Source: an uncultured Gemmataceae bacterium (GTDB lineage Bacteria > Planctomycetota > Planctomycetia > Gemmatales > Gemmataceae). From it: DNA of 64,000 nucleotides. Made by a program: the position numbers and the translations under genes. The notes under the pieces are model-generated. The model did not search any database and was not told the origin of the DNA. It saw nothing but the letters and a program-made list of their open reading frames with translations. This document shows, one piece after another, positions 11,578 through 20,966 of this stretch. Every line of letters begins with the position of its first letter. The first letter of the stretch is position 1. Location: positions 448,001-512,000 of the forward strand of contig CAVVPN010000012.1 in the NCBI GenBank assembly GCA_963750165.1, in the 5' to 3' direction.

Positions 11578-11676
11578 CAGCGCTCCTTTTCCGGGCGACA
11601 CTACTAGTCAAGTGTACACTGAGCAATTGCATTTGTCCTCCATTTTTGTAGACCGCTGTGGGAAACGCCGTTGCCC

Positions 11677-11810
11677 GAACGACAGGATCGGCGCGTTGAG
11701 GAACTGCGCGCTCAGGCTGGAGATTCACCCTTGCGGAAGCGCTTGCAGGCGCTGGGTAAGTTGCCATGAGCCTGAAGTTTTACATGGACGTTCATGTGCA
11801 TCGCTCGTGA
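11677..11810 (+). pseudogene. Remnant of a DUF433-type antitoxin 3' end and DUF5615 PIN-toxin 5' end
   Basis: ERQDRRVEELRAQAGDSPLRKRLQALGKLP* overlapping via ATGA with MSLKFYMDVHVHRS*. Confidence 0.6.
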
Positions 11811-12048
11811 GCGACACGAACCACCTACCGGACCCCAAAAATACCGTCTCGATCTTACCTTTCCGGATGATGTGAATTTGCTGATTGATCTGGTCGGTGA
11901 CACGACGGTGCGACCGTGCCCGCCGCACCTGCTGGCACAACTCGAAGCCGAGCGCGAGAAAATCGTCCGCTGGCAGCAATGGCGAAAGCAGCAGGCCGCT
12001 CAGGAAAAGCCGCCGGAGGACACCGATCCCAAAAACGGGGCGTCATAA
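11794..12048 (+). CDS. Small hypothetical protein (start uncertain)
   Basis: 84-aa ORF with plausible composition; the true start may be GTG at ~11807 with an indel in the A-run. Confidence 0.45.
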   Translation: MCIARERHEPPTGPQKYRLDLTFPDDVNLLIDLVGDTTVRPCPPHLLAQLEAEREKIVRWQQWRKQQAAQEKPPEDTDPKNGAS

Positions 12049-12068
12049 CCGACACCCGACCGGTCGGC

Positions 12069-13004
12069 TCACCCGGCAACTTCCGCCGCTTGACGCGCCC
12101 GCTCCACGTCCTGCCGCAACTGCTCCCGCAACTCCGCCACGCCCGCGAACGGCCGCGTGTCGCGCAGCCGCTCCACGAACTCCACCGCCAGCTCGCGGCC
12201 ATACAGGTCGCCCTGAAAGCCGATGATGTGGACCTCGATCTTGCGGGCGTCCTCACCGAAGGTCGGGTTGGGGCCAACGTTCGCCGCCGCCGGCCACGCC
12301 GCCCCGTCCAGCCACGCCCGCACCGCGTAGACGCCGTTGCCCGGCACCACCGTCGCCACCGCCTCCAGGTTCGCCGTCGGGAAGCCCAGCAACTTGCCCC
12401 GCTGCTGTCCCCGCGCCACAATGCCACACAGTCGGTACGGCCGCCCCAGCAGCGCGGCCGCCGTCCGCACGTCGCCGCGCAGCAGGTCGGCGCGGATGCG
12501 GCTGCTCGACACCGGCTGGCCCTCGATCTCCAGCGGCGGCACCAGCGCGAAGGCGATGTCCGCCGCCCGACACTCCGCTGCCAGCGTCTCGACCGAGCCG
12601 GCGCGGCCGCGGCCGTAGTGGAAGTTGAAGCCCGGCACCATCACGCGCGGCCGCAGTTTTTCCTGCAAAATCTCGGCGAAAAAATTATCGGCGGTGCGCT
12701 GCAGCAGCTCCGGCGTCGTCCGCAACACCACTACCTCGTCCGCCCCGTGGCGCTGCATGAGGTCGGCGCGGTCGGGCACGGTTGTCAGCAGCGGCGGGAA
12801 TTGCTGCGGTCGCAGGATCTGCAGCGGGTGGGGATCGAACGTCAGCGCCACCGCCGGGCCGCCCAGGGCGCGAGCGTGCGCCGCCAGTGCGCTGAGCAGG
12901 TGCTGATGGCCGCGGTGAACGCCGTCGAAGTTGCCGACGGTCACCGCGCCGCCGCGACAGCTCTCGGGCAGCGTCGTCTCGGGGCTCAGGGAGTGAATCG
13001 CCAT
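12069..13004 (-). CDS. ribF: Bifunctional riboflavin kinase/FAD synthetase
   Basis: GNFDGVHRGHQ, TFDPHP, SSSRIR, GFPTAN, NVGPNPTF, EVH. Confidence 0.97.
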   Translation of the reverse strand: MAIHSLSPETTLPESCRGGAVTVGNFDGVHRGHQHLLSALAAHARALGGPAVALTFDPHPLQILRPQQFPPLLTTVPDRADLMQRHGADEVVVLRTTPELLQRTADNFFAEILQEKLRPRVMVPGFNFHYGRGRAGSVETLAAECRAADIAFALVPPLEIEGQPVSSSRIRADLLRGDVRTAAALLGRPYRLCGIVARGQQRGKLLGFPTANLEAVATVVPGNGVYAVRAWLDGAAWPAAANVGPNPTFGEDARKIEVHIIGFQGDLYGRELAVEFVERLRDTRPFAGVAELREQLRQDVERARQAAEVAG

Positions 13005-13142
13005 GATGGTCCTGGGTTCCGGGTTCCGTTGTTATGATGCCAACCGCGGCGCCTGCTGTCCACCGACCCGCCTCACGGCCGACGCTGGATTTTCATAGGA
13101 TGCCTCCCAATGCCCCTGGCCCGGTCGCGGAGATGCACCGTC

Positions 13143-14277
13143 ATGCTGGCGATTGTCGTTACCGTGCTCAGCCTGCTCCTGATCGTTTCGGTGCTGCTCG
13201 ACGCCTTCGAGGTGATGGTGCTGCCGCGGCGAGTGACGCGCACCTTGCGGCCGGCGCGGCTGTACTACCGTTACGCCTGGGTGCTGTGGCGGTTCGCGGC
13301 GGTGCGGCTGCTGGTCGGCCACTATCGGCAGGCGTTCCTCGGCTACTTTGGTCCGTTGTCGCTGCTGGTGTTGTTTGCGCTGTGGGTGCTGGGCCTCATC
13401 ACCGGCTTCGGGCTGCTGCACTGGTCGCTGGCCACCGTGCCGGCGAAGGACGCTGACTTCCTGACCTACTGGTATTTCAGCGGCACCACGTTCCTGACGC
13501 TCGGTTACGGCGACATGGTGCCGGTGGAACCGCTGGGCCGCGTGCTGGCGGTGGCGGAGGCGGGCCTGGGCTTCGGCTTCATGGCGGTGATCATCGGCTA
13601 CCTGCCGGCGCTCTACCAGGCGTTCTCGCAGCGGGAGCTGACCATCTCGCTGCTGGACGCCCGCGCCGGCTCGCCGCCGACCGCCACCCAGGGCCTGCTG
13701 CGCCGCCCAGTTCGGCCCCATGGAGGGCCTCGCCACCCTGCTGGTCGAGTGGGAGCGCTGGGCGGCCCAGCTGCTGGAGAGCCACCTGTCGTACCCCGTG
13801 CTCGCCTACTACCGTTCGCAGCACGACAACCAGTCCTGGCTGGCGGCGCTGACGGCCATCCTCGACACCTGTGCCCTGCTGATCGCCGGCGTCAAGGGCG
13901 TCCACGTGTACGAGTCGCAGCTAACGTTCGCGATGGCCCGGCACGCGGCGGTGGACCTGGCGCTGGTGTTCCGCACACCGCCGCGGTCGCCGGAGCCGGA
14001 TCGCCTGACATCGGGCCAGCTGGCGGAGTTGCGCGAGCAATTGCGGCACGCCGGCCTGGAACTGCGGGAGGGGGCGGCGTTCGAGAAGAAGCTGGCGGAG
14101 TTGCGCGGCATGTACGAACCGTTCATCCACGGACTGGGGCGGTATTTTCTGCTGGCGCTGCCGCCGGTGGTGCCGGAGCGGACGGTGGTCGATAACTGGC
14201 AGACCAGCGCCTGGACGCGGCGCACCGCCGGCATCGGGGCGCTGCCGGCGGTGGAAGGGGATGAGCATTTCGATTAG
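13143..14277 (+). CDS. Potassium channel family (Ion_trans_2) protein; frameshift near 13700
   Basis: Pore motif YFSGTTFLTLGYGD; DARAGSPP, then ESHLSYPVLAYYRSQHDNQSWL in the second frame. Confidence 0.85.
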
Positions 14278-14366
14278 AGTCGTCATGAACTGGGGTTCAC
14301 CCAGAGATCATGAAAATCGCGCCGCCTCTGAACAGCCCACCTGATGGGCAGCTTATTTTCAGGGCA

Positions 14367-14654
14367 GCGGTTCGCACGCGGATCGCGCACGGGGTGGGAC
14401 GGCGGGCACAGCTTGACCAGCAGGGGCCTGCGCTGTCGCAGCAAGGGGGCCAAGGGGGCCAAGGGGGCCAACTTTTTCACACGTCGAGATTTGGCGCCCT
14501 GGCCCCGTGCGGTTGGCACGGCGCGACCACCAGCGGCGGCGGTTGCCACAGCAAGGACGCCAAGGACGCCAAGAACGCCAACTTTTTCATACGTCGAGAT
14601 GCGGCGCCTGGCAGCGCCGGCCTGCCGTTTGTGGGCCACGCGACTGCGAACCGC
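14367..14654 (-). repeat. ~290-bp dispersed MITE-like element, copy B
   Basis: Perfect 10-bp terminal IR GCGGTTCGCA/TGCGAACCGC; same two internal units as copy A. Confidence 0.85.
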
Positions 14655-14753
14655 GCCAGGCGGACAGCGGGTAGGGAGTGCCGGCGGCGGAGGTCTTTCA
14701 CCACTCGCAGGGGCTGCAGAAAAGCGGTAATGGCTGATGGCGACCTATTTTGG

Positions 14754-14781
14754 TTGACACAGCGGATGGGTCTGCTATTCA
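14754..14781 (+). promoter_or_regulatory. Sigma70-like promoter
   Basis: TTGACA-N16-TATTCA. Confidence 0.45.
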
Positions 14782-15036
14782 GGCGCAAGTATTGTGCGTC
14801 ATACATTGCGGCGAACCCAGCGTAACGGAGCCCGCCGGAGACTCCAGGTACATGCTTTCGCGGTCCGCCTGCATCAGCAGGGTGACTGGCAGCCGCAGAG
14901 CACCTCTGGCGTCGAGGGTTGCGTGCGCCGCGAAAGGACTGACCACAGGACATTTCTATTTCAACCAAACAGAGGACATTTCTATTGCGTTCCGACAAAC
15001 GGGGCTTTTCCTTGTTGTCAGCGCGGTTGTGGTCAG
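14782..15036 (+). ncRNA. Candidate structured ncRNA or long leader
   Basis: Long-range helices and a duplicated AGGACATTTCTATT; no convincing ORF. Confidence 0.35.
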
Positions 15037-15136
15037 GTAAAAAAGAGTGAACCCGCCTGGCCGCGACTTGCCCGCCCTCTTCCCACCCCGGCGAGTCGGC
15101 CGCGAAAGGTTTTGCTGGCCCCCTGGAGCGTCCGAC

Positions 15137-17982
15137 ATGCTTCCGCGCCTGGCCGTGGTTCTGCTGCCCCTGCTCACCGTCTTCCCGCTGCGCGGACAGG
15201 CACCGGCGGGCCCCGGCATCACTTTCTTCGAGAAAAAAATCCGGCCGGTGCTGGTCGAGCACTGTTACGGCTGCCATTCCGTCCAGGCGGGCAAGCAGCG
15301 CGGCGAACTGCTGGTCGATAGCCGCGATGGTCTGCTCAAGGGTGGCGAGTCCGGCCCGGCGGTCGTGCCGGGCAAGCCGAACGCCAGCCTGCTGCTCAAG
15401 GCCCTCCGTTATGGCGAACCGGGCCTGCGCATGCCGCCGAAGGGCAAGCTGCCGGCGGCGGTGGTTGCCGACTTCGAGAAGTGGATCGCGATGGGCGCGC
15501 CGACCTGCGCACCGCGGTGGTCGCAAAGACGAAGTACGGTCCCAGCGTTGAGGAGGGCCGCAAGTTCTGGGCGTACCGTCCGGTGCGCAAGCCCGAGCGG
15601 CCCGCGGTCAAGGACCAGGCGTGGCCGCGCGGCGACATCGACCGTCTCGTGCTTGCGGGGCTGGAAGCGAAAGGGCTGAAGCCGGCGCCGGATGCGGATC
15701 GGGCGGTGCTGTTGCGCCGCGCCACCTTTGGGCTGGTCGGCCTGCCGCCGACGCCCGCGGAGATGGACGCTTTCCTCCCGGACAACTCGCCGCAGGCGTT
15801 CGCGAAGGTGGTGGACCGGCTGCTGGCGTCGCCGCAGTTTGGTGAGCGCTGGGGCCGCTTCTGGCTGGACGTGGCCCGCTACGCCGAATCGACCGGCGGG
15901 GGCCGGTCGCTGCTGCTGCGGGACGCCTGGCGCTACCGCGATTACGTCATCCGCGCCTTCAACAGCGACACGCCGTACAACCGGTTTCTGCTCGAACAGA
16001 TCGCCGGCGACCTGCTCCCGGCGAAGGATTCGGCCGAGCGCTACTGGCAGCTGGTGGCGACGGCGTATCTGCTGCTGGGGCCGCACAACTACGAGCGCCA
16101 GGACAAGCCGATTTTGGAGATGGACATCATCGACGAAATCCTGGACACGCTGGGCAAGTCGGTCCTCGGCCAGACGCTCGGCTGCGCCCGCTGCCACGAT
16201 CACAAGTTCGACCCGATCCCGACGAAGGACTATTACGCTCTGGCCGGCATCTTCAAAAGCACGAAATTCATCGTTCACGGCAACGTCTCGAAGTGGGCCG
16301 AACAACCGCTGCCGATGGCGCCCGCGCTGGCCAGGGCCGTGCAGCAGCACGACGCCGCGGTGGCCGCGCTGAAGGCGAAAATCCAGCTGGCGAAGGCGGC
16401 CGAGAAGAAAGCCGGCAAAGTGGTGGAGTCGGCGCTGGCCAGGGGCAAGCTGGACCCGAAGGCGCTAGCGGGCATCGTCATCGACGACGCGCAGGCCAAG
16501 GTGGTCGGCTCGTGGAAGCACTCGGTCTATTCGGGCAACTTCATCGGCACGGGCTACCTGTACGACGACCGCGGTTTCAAGGACAGCAAGACGCTGACGT
16601 TCATTCCTGAGATTCCGAAGAGCGGCGTTTACGAGGTGCGCTTCGCCTATGTGCCGCACGAGAACCGGGCGACCAAAGTGGGGATTCGCATCTTCCACAC
16701 CGACGGCGAGAACACCGTCTACGTCAACCAGCGTGAGGCGCCGCCCATTGACGGCCGCTTCGTGTCGCTGGGCAAGTACCGCTTCGAGCAGGGCAATCAG
16801 TGGTTCGTGATGGTGCTGACCGAAAAGGCCAACGGCCACGTCGTCGCCGACGCTGTGCAGTTCCTGCCGGAAGAGCTGGCGGAGGCGAAAAAGCCCGCCG
16901 CGCCAAAACCGGCGGCGAAGGAGGCGCTGCCGGACTCGCGGGCGCTGGAGGCGGAGTTGAAGGCGCTGCTCGCCAAAGCGCCGGCGCGACCGGTGGCCAT
17001 CGCGGTCGGCGACGATGCTAAACCGGTGAACCTGCACGTGTGCATCCGCGGCAACTACCACAACAAGGGCGAAACGGTGCCGCGCGGTGTGTTGCAGGTG
17101 CTGACGCCGCGCGGCGAATCGACCGTGGTGAAGTCGGCGGGCAGTGGTCGCAAGGAGCTGGCGGAGTGGCTGGTGCGATCCGACAATCCGCTGACGGCGC
17201 GGGTGATGGTCAACCGTATCTGGCACCATCTGTTCGGCGCCGGCCTGGTCCGCACGATGGACAACTTCGGAGCCACCGGGGAGCCGCCGTCGCACCCGGA
17301 GTTGCTCGACCACCTGGCGACGCGCTTCGTGGAGCAGGGCTGGTCGGTCAAGAAGCTGATCCGCGAAATCATGCTGTCACGGGCCTACCAGATGAGCGGC
17401 ACGCCCGCCGCGGCGACGGCGAAGGTGGCCGCGCGGGTCGATCCGGAGAACCGGCTGTTGTGGAAGGCGAACCGCCGCCGGCTGGACGCCGAGGCTCTCC
17501 GCGACACCATGCTGGCGGTGAGCGGCCAGCTGGACCTGACGCCGGGCGGCCCGACGATCAAGAAGGGCACGGCCGTCGAACGCGACTATGTGTTCGATGA
17601 CGTGCGCCGCAGCGTCTACACGCCCGTGTTCCGCAACAAGGTGCTGGAGCTGTTCGAGGTCTTCGATTTCGCGGACCCGAACGTGTGCCTGGGGAAGCGC
17701 AACATTAGCACGGTGGCGCCGCAGGCGCTGTACCTGATGAATAGTCCGTTCGTGCTCGGCCAGGCGAAGGCTGCGGCGAAACGGCTGCTGGCGGAGCCGG
17801 GCCTGGACGATGTCGGCCGCGTGGCACGCATGTACCGGCGGGCGCTGGGCCGGCTGCCGACGGCGACGGAGCGACGGTTGGCGCTGGACTTCCTGGCGGG
17901 CGAACCGGGACCGCGGGCGGCGGCGTGGGAGCGCTTGCAGCAGGTGCTGTTTGCGTGCATCGATTTCCGGTATGTGTATTAA
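15137..17982 (+). CDS. Planctomycete cytochrome c / DUF1549 / DUF1553 protein with a golvesin-like CBM insert; frameshift near 15500
   Basis: FFEKKIRPVLVEHCYGCH, WLDVARYAES, GCARCHDHKFDPI, NPLTARVMVNRIW. Confidence 0.93.
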
Positions 17983-18010
17983 CCCGACGTGCAAGCGAGG
18001 GACGCAGCGC

Positions 18011-18080
18011 GCTAAGCCGCAAGCGGCGGAACCACTGGGATGAAGCACCATCCCTTCTTGTCTGCCGCTTGCGGCTTAGC
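18011..18080. repeat. Inverted pair GCTAAGCCGCAAGCGGC
   Basis: 17-bp perfect inverted repeat; relatives at 22370-22410 and ~30286-30308. Confidence 0.8.
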
Positions 18081-18086
18081 TCTCTA

Positions 18087-18166
18087 AGGAGGCGCCGAAC
18101 AACAACTTCCAAGAGTAGGACGGCTCTGGAGAGCCGTCCTACGAAGTTGTTGTTCGGCGCCTCCTA
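18087..18166. repeat. GTAG-type REP hairpin nested in a longer inverted repeat
   Basis: AGGAGGCGCCGAACAACAACTT arms around GTAGGACGGCTCT..AGAGCCGTCCTAC. Confidence 0.8.
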
Positions 18167-18187
18167 AATCCCTCTTGAACCAGGAAG

Positions 18188-19588
18188 ATGTCCATGACCC
18201 CTCAGTTCTCTCGGCGGCAGGCCCTGAAATCGCTGGCGTGCGGCTTCGGCTACCTGGCCCTCGCGGACCTGGCGAGCGCGACGGCGCCGCGGCCGCCGCA
18301 CCACCCGGCGCGGGCGAAACGAGCGATCTTCCTGTTCATGCAGGGCGGCCCCAGTCACGTCGATACCTTTGACCACAAGCCGCGCCTGGAACGCGACGAC
18401 GGCCGCCTGCTCAACTTCGCCGACGCCCGCACCCTTGCGCGCAGCATGGACGGCGGCCAGCACCGTGTTCTGCGGTCGCCGTGGCGCTTCCGCCGCTACG
18501 GCCAGAGCGGCCGGCTGGTGTCGGACCTGTTCCCGCACATCGGCGGGCGGGCGGATGACCTGTGTTTTTTGCAGAGCATGCACACCGAGGGCATCGCGCA
18601 CGGCCCGGCGACGCTGTTCCTGCACACCGGCTCGATCAATCTGGTGCGGCCGTCGGTCGGCAGCTGGGTGACCTACGGCCTGGGCAGCGAGAACCAGAAC
18701 CTGCCCGGCTTCGTTACCATCTGCCCGTCGATGGGCAACGGCGGTCCGCGCAACTGGGGCAACGCCTTCCTGCCAACGGCGTACCAGGGCACGGCCCTGG
18801 GCCGGGCCGGTCTGCCCGCGACCGAGGCCCGCATCCGCAACGCCAGCAACGCCGCCCTGACGCCCGCGCAGCAGCGCCGCCAGCTCGACCTGCTGCAGTC
18901 ACTGAACGCCGAGCAACTGGCCCGCACGCCCGGCGACCTGGAGCTGGAAGCGGTGATCGGCTCGTTCGACCTGGCGCAGCGCATGCAGCTGCACGCCCCC
19001 GGCATCCTCGACCTGTCGGGTGAGACGCGCGAGACGCAGCGGCTGTACGGCATTGGCGAGACGGCGACGGACAATTTCGGCCGTCAGTGCCTGATGGCCC
19101 GGCGGTTGGCGGAGGCGGGCGTGCGCTACATTCAGGTGACCTATGGCGACAACACGGACAACCCGGCGTGGGACCAGCACTCGAACCTGCCGATGCACGC
19201 GACGCACGCGCGGGCGGTGGACAGGCCGGTCGCGGGGCTGCTGACGGACCTGAAGCGGCGCGGGCTGCTGGAGGACACGGTGGTGTGGTTCGGCGGCGAG
19301 TTCGGGCGGACGCCCTACGCGGAGCGCAACGGCACCGGCCGCGATCACAACCCGGGCGGCTTCACCGTGTGGCTGGCTGGCGGCGGCGTCAGGCCGGGCT
19401 TCGCTCACGGCGCGACGGATGAGTTTGGGCACCAGGCCGTCAGCGGCAAGGTGCATATGCACGATTTGCACGCGACGCTGCTGCACCTGCTGGGGCTGGA
19501 TCACACGCGGCTGACGTTCAACTACGCGGGCCGCAACTTCCGGTTGACCGACGTGGCGGGGCGGGTGGTGGAGGAGGTTTTGGCGTAG
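18188..19588 (+). CDS. DUF1501 protein (Tat-like leader)
   Basis: [50 protein letters not shown]. Confidence 0.95.
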   Translation: MSMTPQFSRRQALKSLACGFGYLALADLASATAPRPPHHPARAKRAIFLFMQGGPSHVDTFDHKPRLERDDGRLLNFADARTLARSMDGGQHRVLRSPWRFRRYGQSGRLVSDLFPHIGGRADDLCFLQSMHTEGIAHGPATLFLHTGSINLVRPSVGSWVTYGLGSENQNLPGFVTICPSMGNGGPRNWGNAFLPTAYQGTALGRAGLPATEARIRNASNAALTPAQQRRQLDLLQSLNAEQLARTPGDLELEAVIGSFDLAQRMQLHAPGILDLSGETRETQRLYGIGETATDNFGRQCLMARRLAEAGVRYIQVTYGDNTDNPAWDQHSNLPMHATHARAVDRPVAGLLTDLKRRGLLEDTVVWFGGEFGRTPYAERNGTGRDHNPGGFTVWLAGGGVRPGFAHGATDEFGHQAVSGKVHMHDLHATLLHLLGLDHTRLTFNYAGRNFRLTDVAGRVVEEVLA

Positions 19589-19632
19589 GGGAATCGGAGG
19601 TCTGTTGAGGCCGGAGTTCGGGAACGAGGACA

Positions 19633-19935
19633 ATGACAGAGGCTGCCGGCATGGATGAGGTCAAACAGGAGATACCGCTGGCCGGGTTCGACCCGGAGGG
19701 CGAGCCGCTCATCCGGGTCATGGCGGATGGCAGCCTGTACGTCGTATTCAACTTCATGCCGCCGTCCTGGGCCGAGGACACCCCCAACCGGTTCGATGAT
19801 TTCGACCGACAACTCACCGGTTCAGTCGGGGTGCGGGTAGATCGGGAGGATCGGGAGTTCTTCCTCATTCGGCAGCCTGGCCTGGACACGATCGAGCGTG
19901 TCCGGCGGTTCATCGAGGGCTACCGACGCGGGTAG
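19633..19935 (+). CDS. Hypothetical acidic protein
   Basis: GAGGA SD, 100-aa globular-looking ORF. Confidence 0.7.
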   Translation: MTEAAGMDEVKQEIPLAGFDPEGEPLIRVMADGSLYVVFNFMPPSWAEDTPNRFDDFDRQLTGSVGVRVDREDREFFLIRQPGLDTIERVRRFIEGYRRG

Positions 19936-20000
19936 CCGGACATCGAGCGGTGGCTGAAGTTCGATCCGGTATGGGCTCCGAGGGCTAACACTTGTTATGG

Positions 20001-20213
20001 TCAGTCCTCCAGGAGCCGCTTGAACACTTGCCGCTGCGCCGCGGTCAATTTCTTCACAAAGTGTTCAGCCCCCACCTCGTCAACGACCCGTGGCAGGCCG
20101 AATTCCTCAACGACCCGTTTCAGCCCCAGTTGTTCGACGACTCTGCGCATACCCATCAACTCGACGATCGGGTTCAAATCGACCGTCAACTCACCCCGAC
20201 GTTGCCTGGCCAT
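20001..20213 (-). CDS. Putative internally initiated 70-aa C-terminal protein
   Basis: GAGGAGGT at 20221-20228, 7 nt before in-frame ATG at 20213. Confidence 0.5.
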   Translation of the reverse strand: MARQRRGELTVDLNPIVELMGMRRVVEQLGLKRVVEEFGLPRVVDEVGAEHFVKKLTAAQRQVFKRLLED

Positions 20214-20855
20214 GCTCCGAACCTCCTCGTAAATAGTGGGGTGCAAAAACGCCAGCCAGCCCCCGTAGCGCTCCCATAACCCGGCATTCTCTGTCACCAG
20301 TCTCGCCACCGCCTCTTCGGTTTCTTCAGACTCTCGTGTGACCAGATGCAGCGGCAGGCTCGCCTCCTCCACCGGCAGGTCGGCCCCGCTGACCAGGAAC
20401 AGCGTCCGCCCAAGCACCTGACCGCGCCAGACACCGGGGCCGTGCGGCTGCAAGTCCCCCAGACGTCCACCCCAGCCGCGCAAGAGTCGCCGGCCCAGCC
20501 GGTTCGCCAGAAACCACAACGACAGCCCATCCGGCCCCTGCGTCGGCAACTGCTGCCGGGCCTGGTCGTCGTTCAGCCGGCGGTGGATGCCCAGGCCCAA
20601 TTCGACCAGCAATTCCGGGTCCTCGTCCCGCGGCGAAACGCTCGGCCCCTTGAACTCCAGGACGTTCCAGGGCGTCAGGTCACGCCACAGCCCGGCGGCT
20701 GGGAGTTGGCCGGCGCGGGTGCGGCGCAGCAGGACGAAATCGGCCTCGCGCGGCACGTCGCCGACCGGCACGTTCGTCTCTACCCGGTAGTGGCTCTCCA
20801 CCGTGAGCCGCAGCAGTTCGGCGAATACCGGGTGCCATTGCTTCTTCGCGGCCAA
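20001..20855 (-). CDS. PD-(D/E)XK-like, Rpn-like protein with C-terminal 9-aa repeats
   Basis: TTG start with AAGGAGG SD; READFVLL..NVLEFKGP motif; VVEQLGLKR/VVEEFGLPR/VVDEVG repeats. Confidence 0.75.
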   Translation of the reverse strand: MAAKKQWHPVFAELLRLTVESHYRVETNVPVGDVPREADFVLLRRTRAGQLPAAGLWRDLTPWNVLEFKGPSVSPRDEDPELLVELGLGIHRRLNDDQARQQLPTQGPDGLSLWFLANRLGRRLLRGWGGRLGDLQPHGPGVWRGQVLGRTLFLVSGADLPVEEASLPLHLVTRESEETEEAVARLVTENAGLWERYGGWLAFLHPTIYEEVRSMARQRRGELTVDLNPIVELMGMRRVVEQLGLKRVVEEFGLPRVVDEVGAEHFVKKLTAAQRQVFKRLLED

Positions 20856-20966
20856 CGCCCACCTCCTTGCGGGAACCGCCGTCAAAATCGATACTACACC
20901 TGGGGCCGCCCCGATGCCACCCGAGTCCCCGCGTTAGCTGCCGGGGTAATAAACGGGCCCGTGTCG

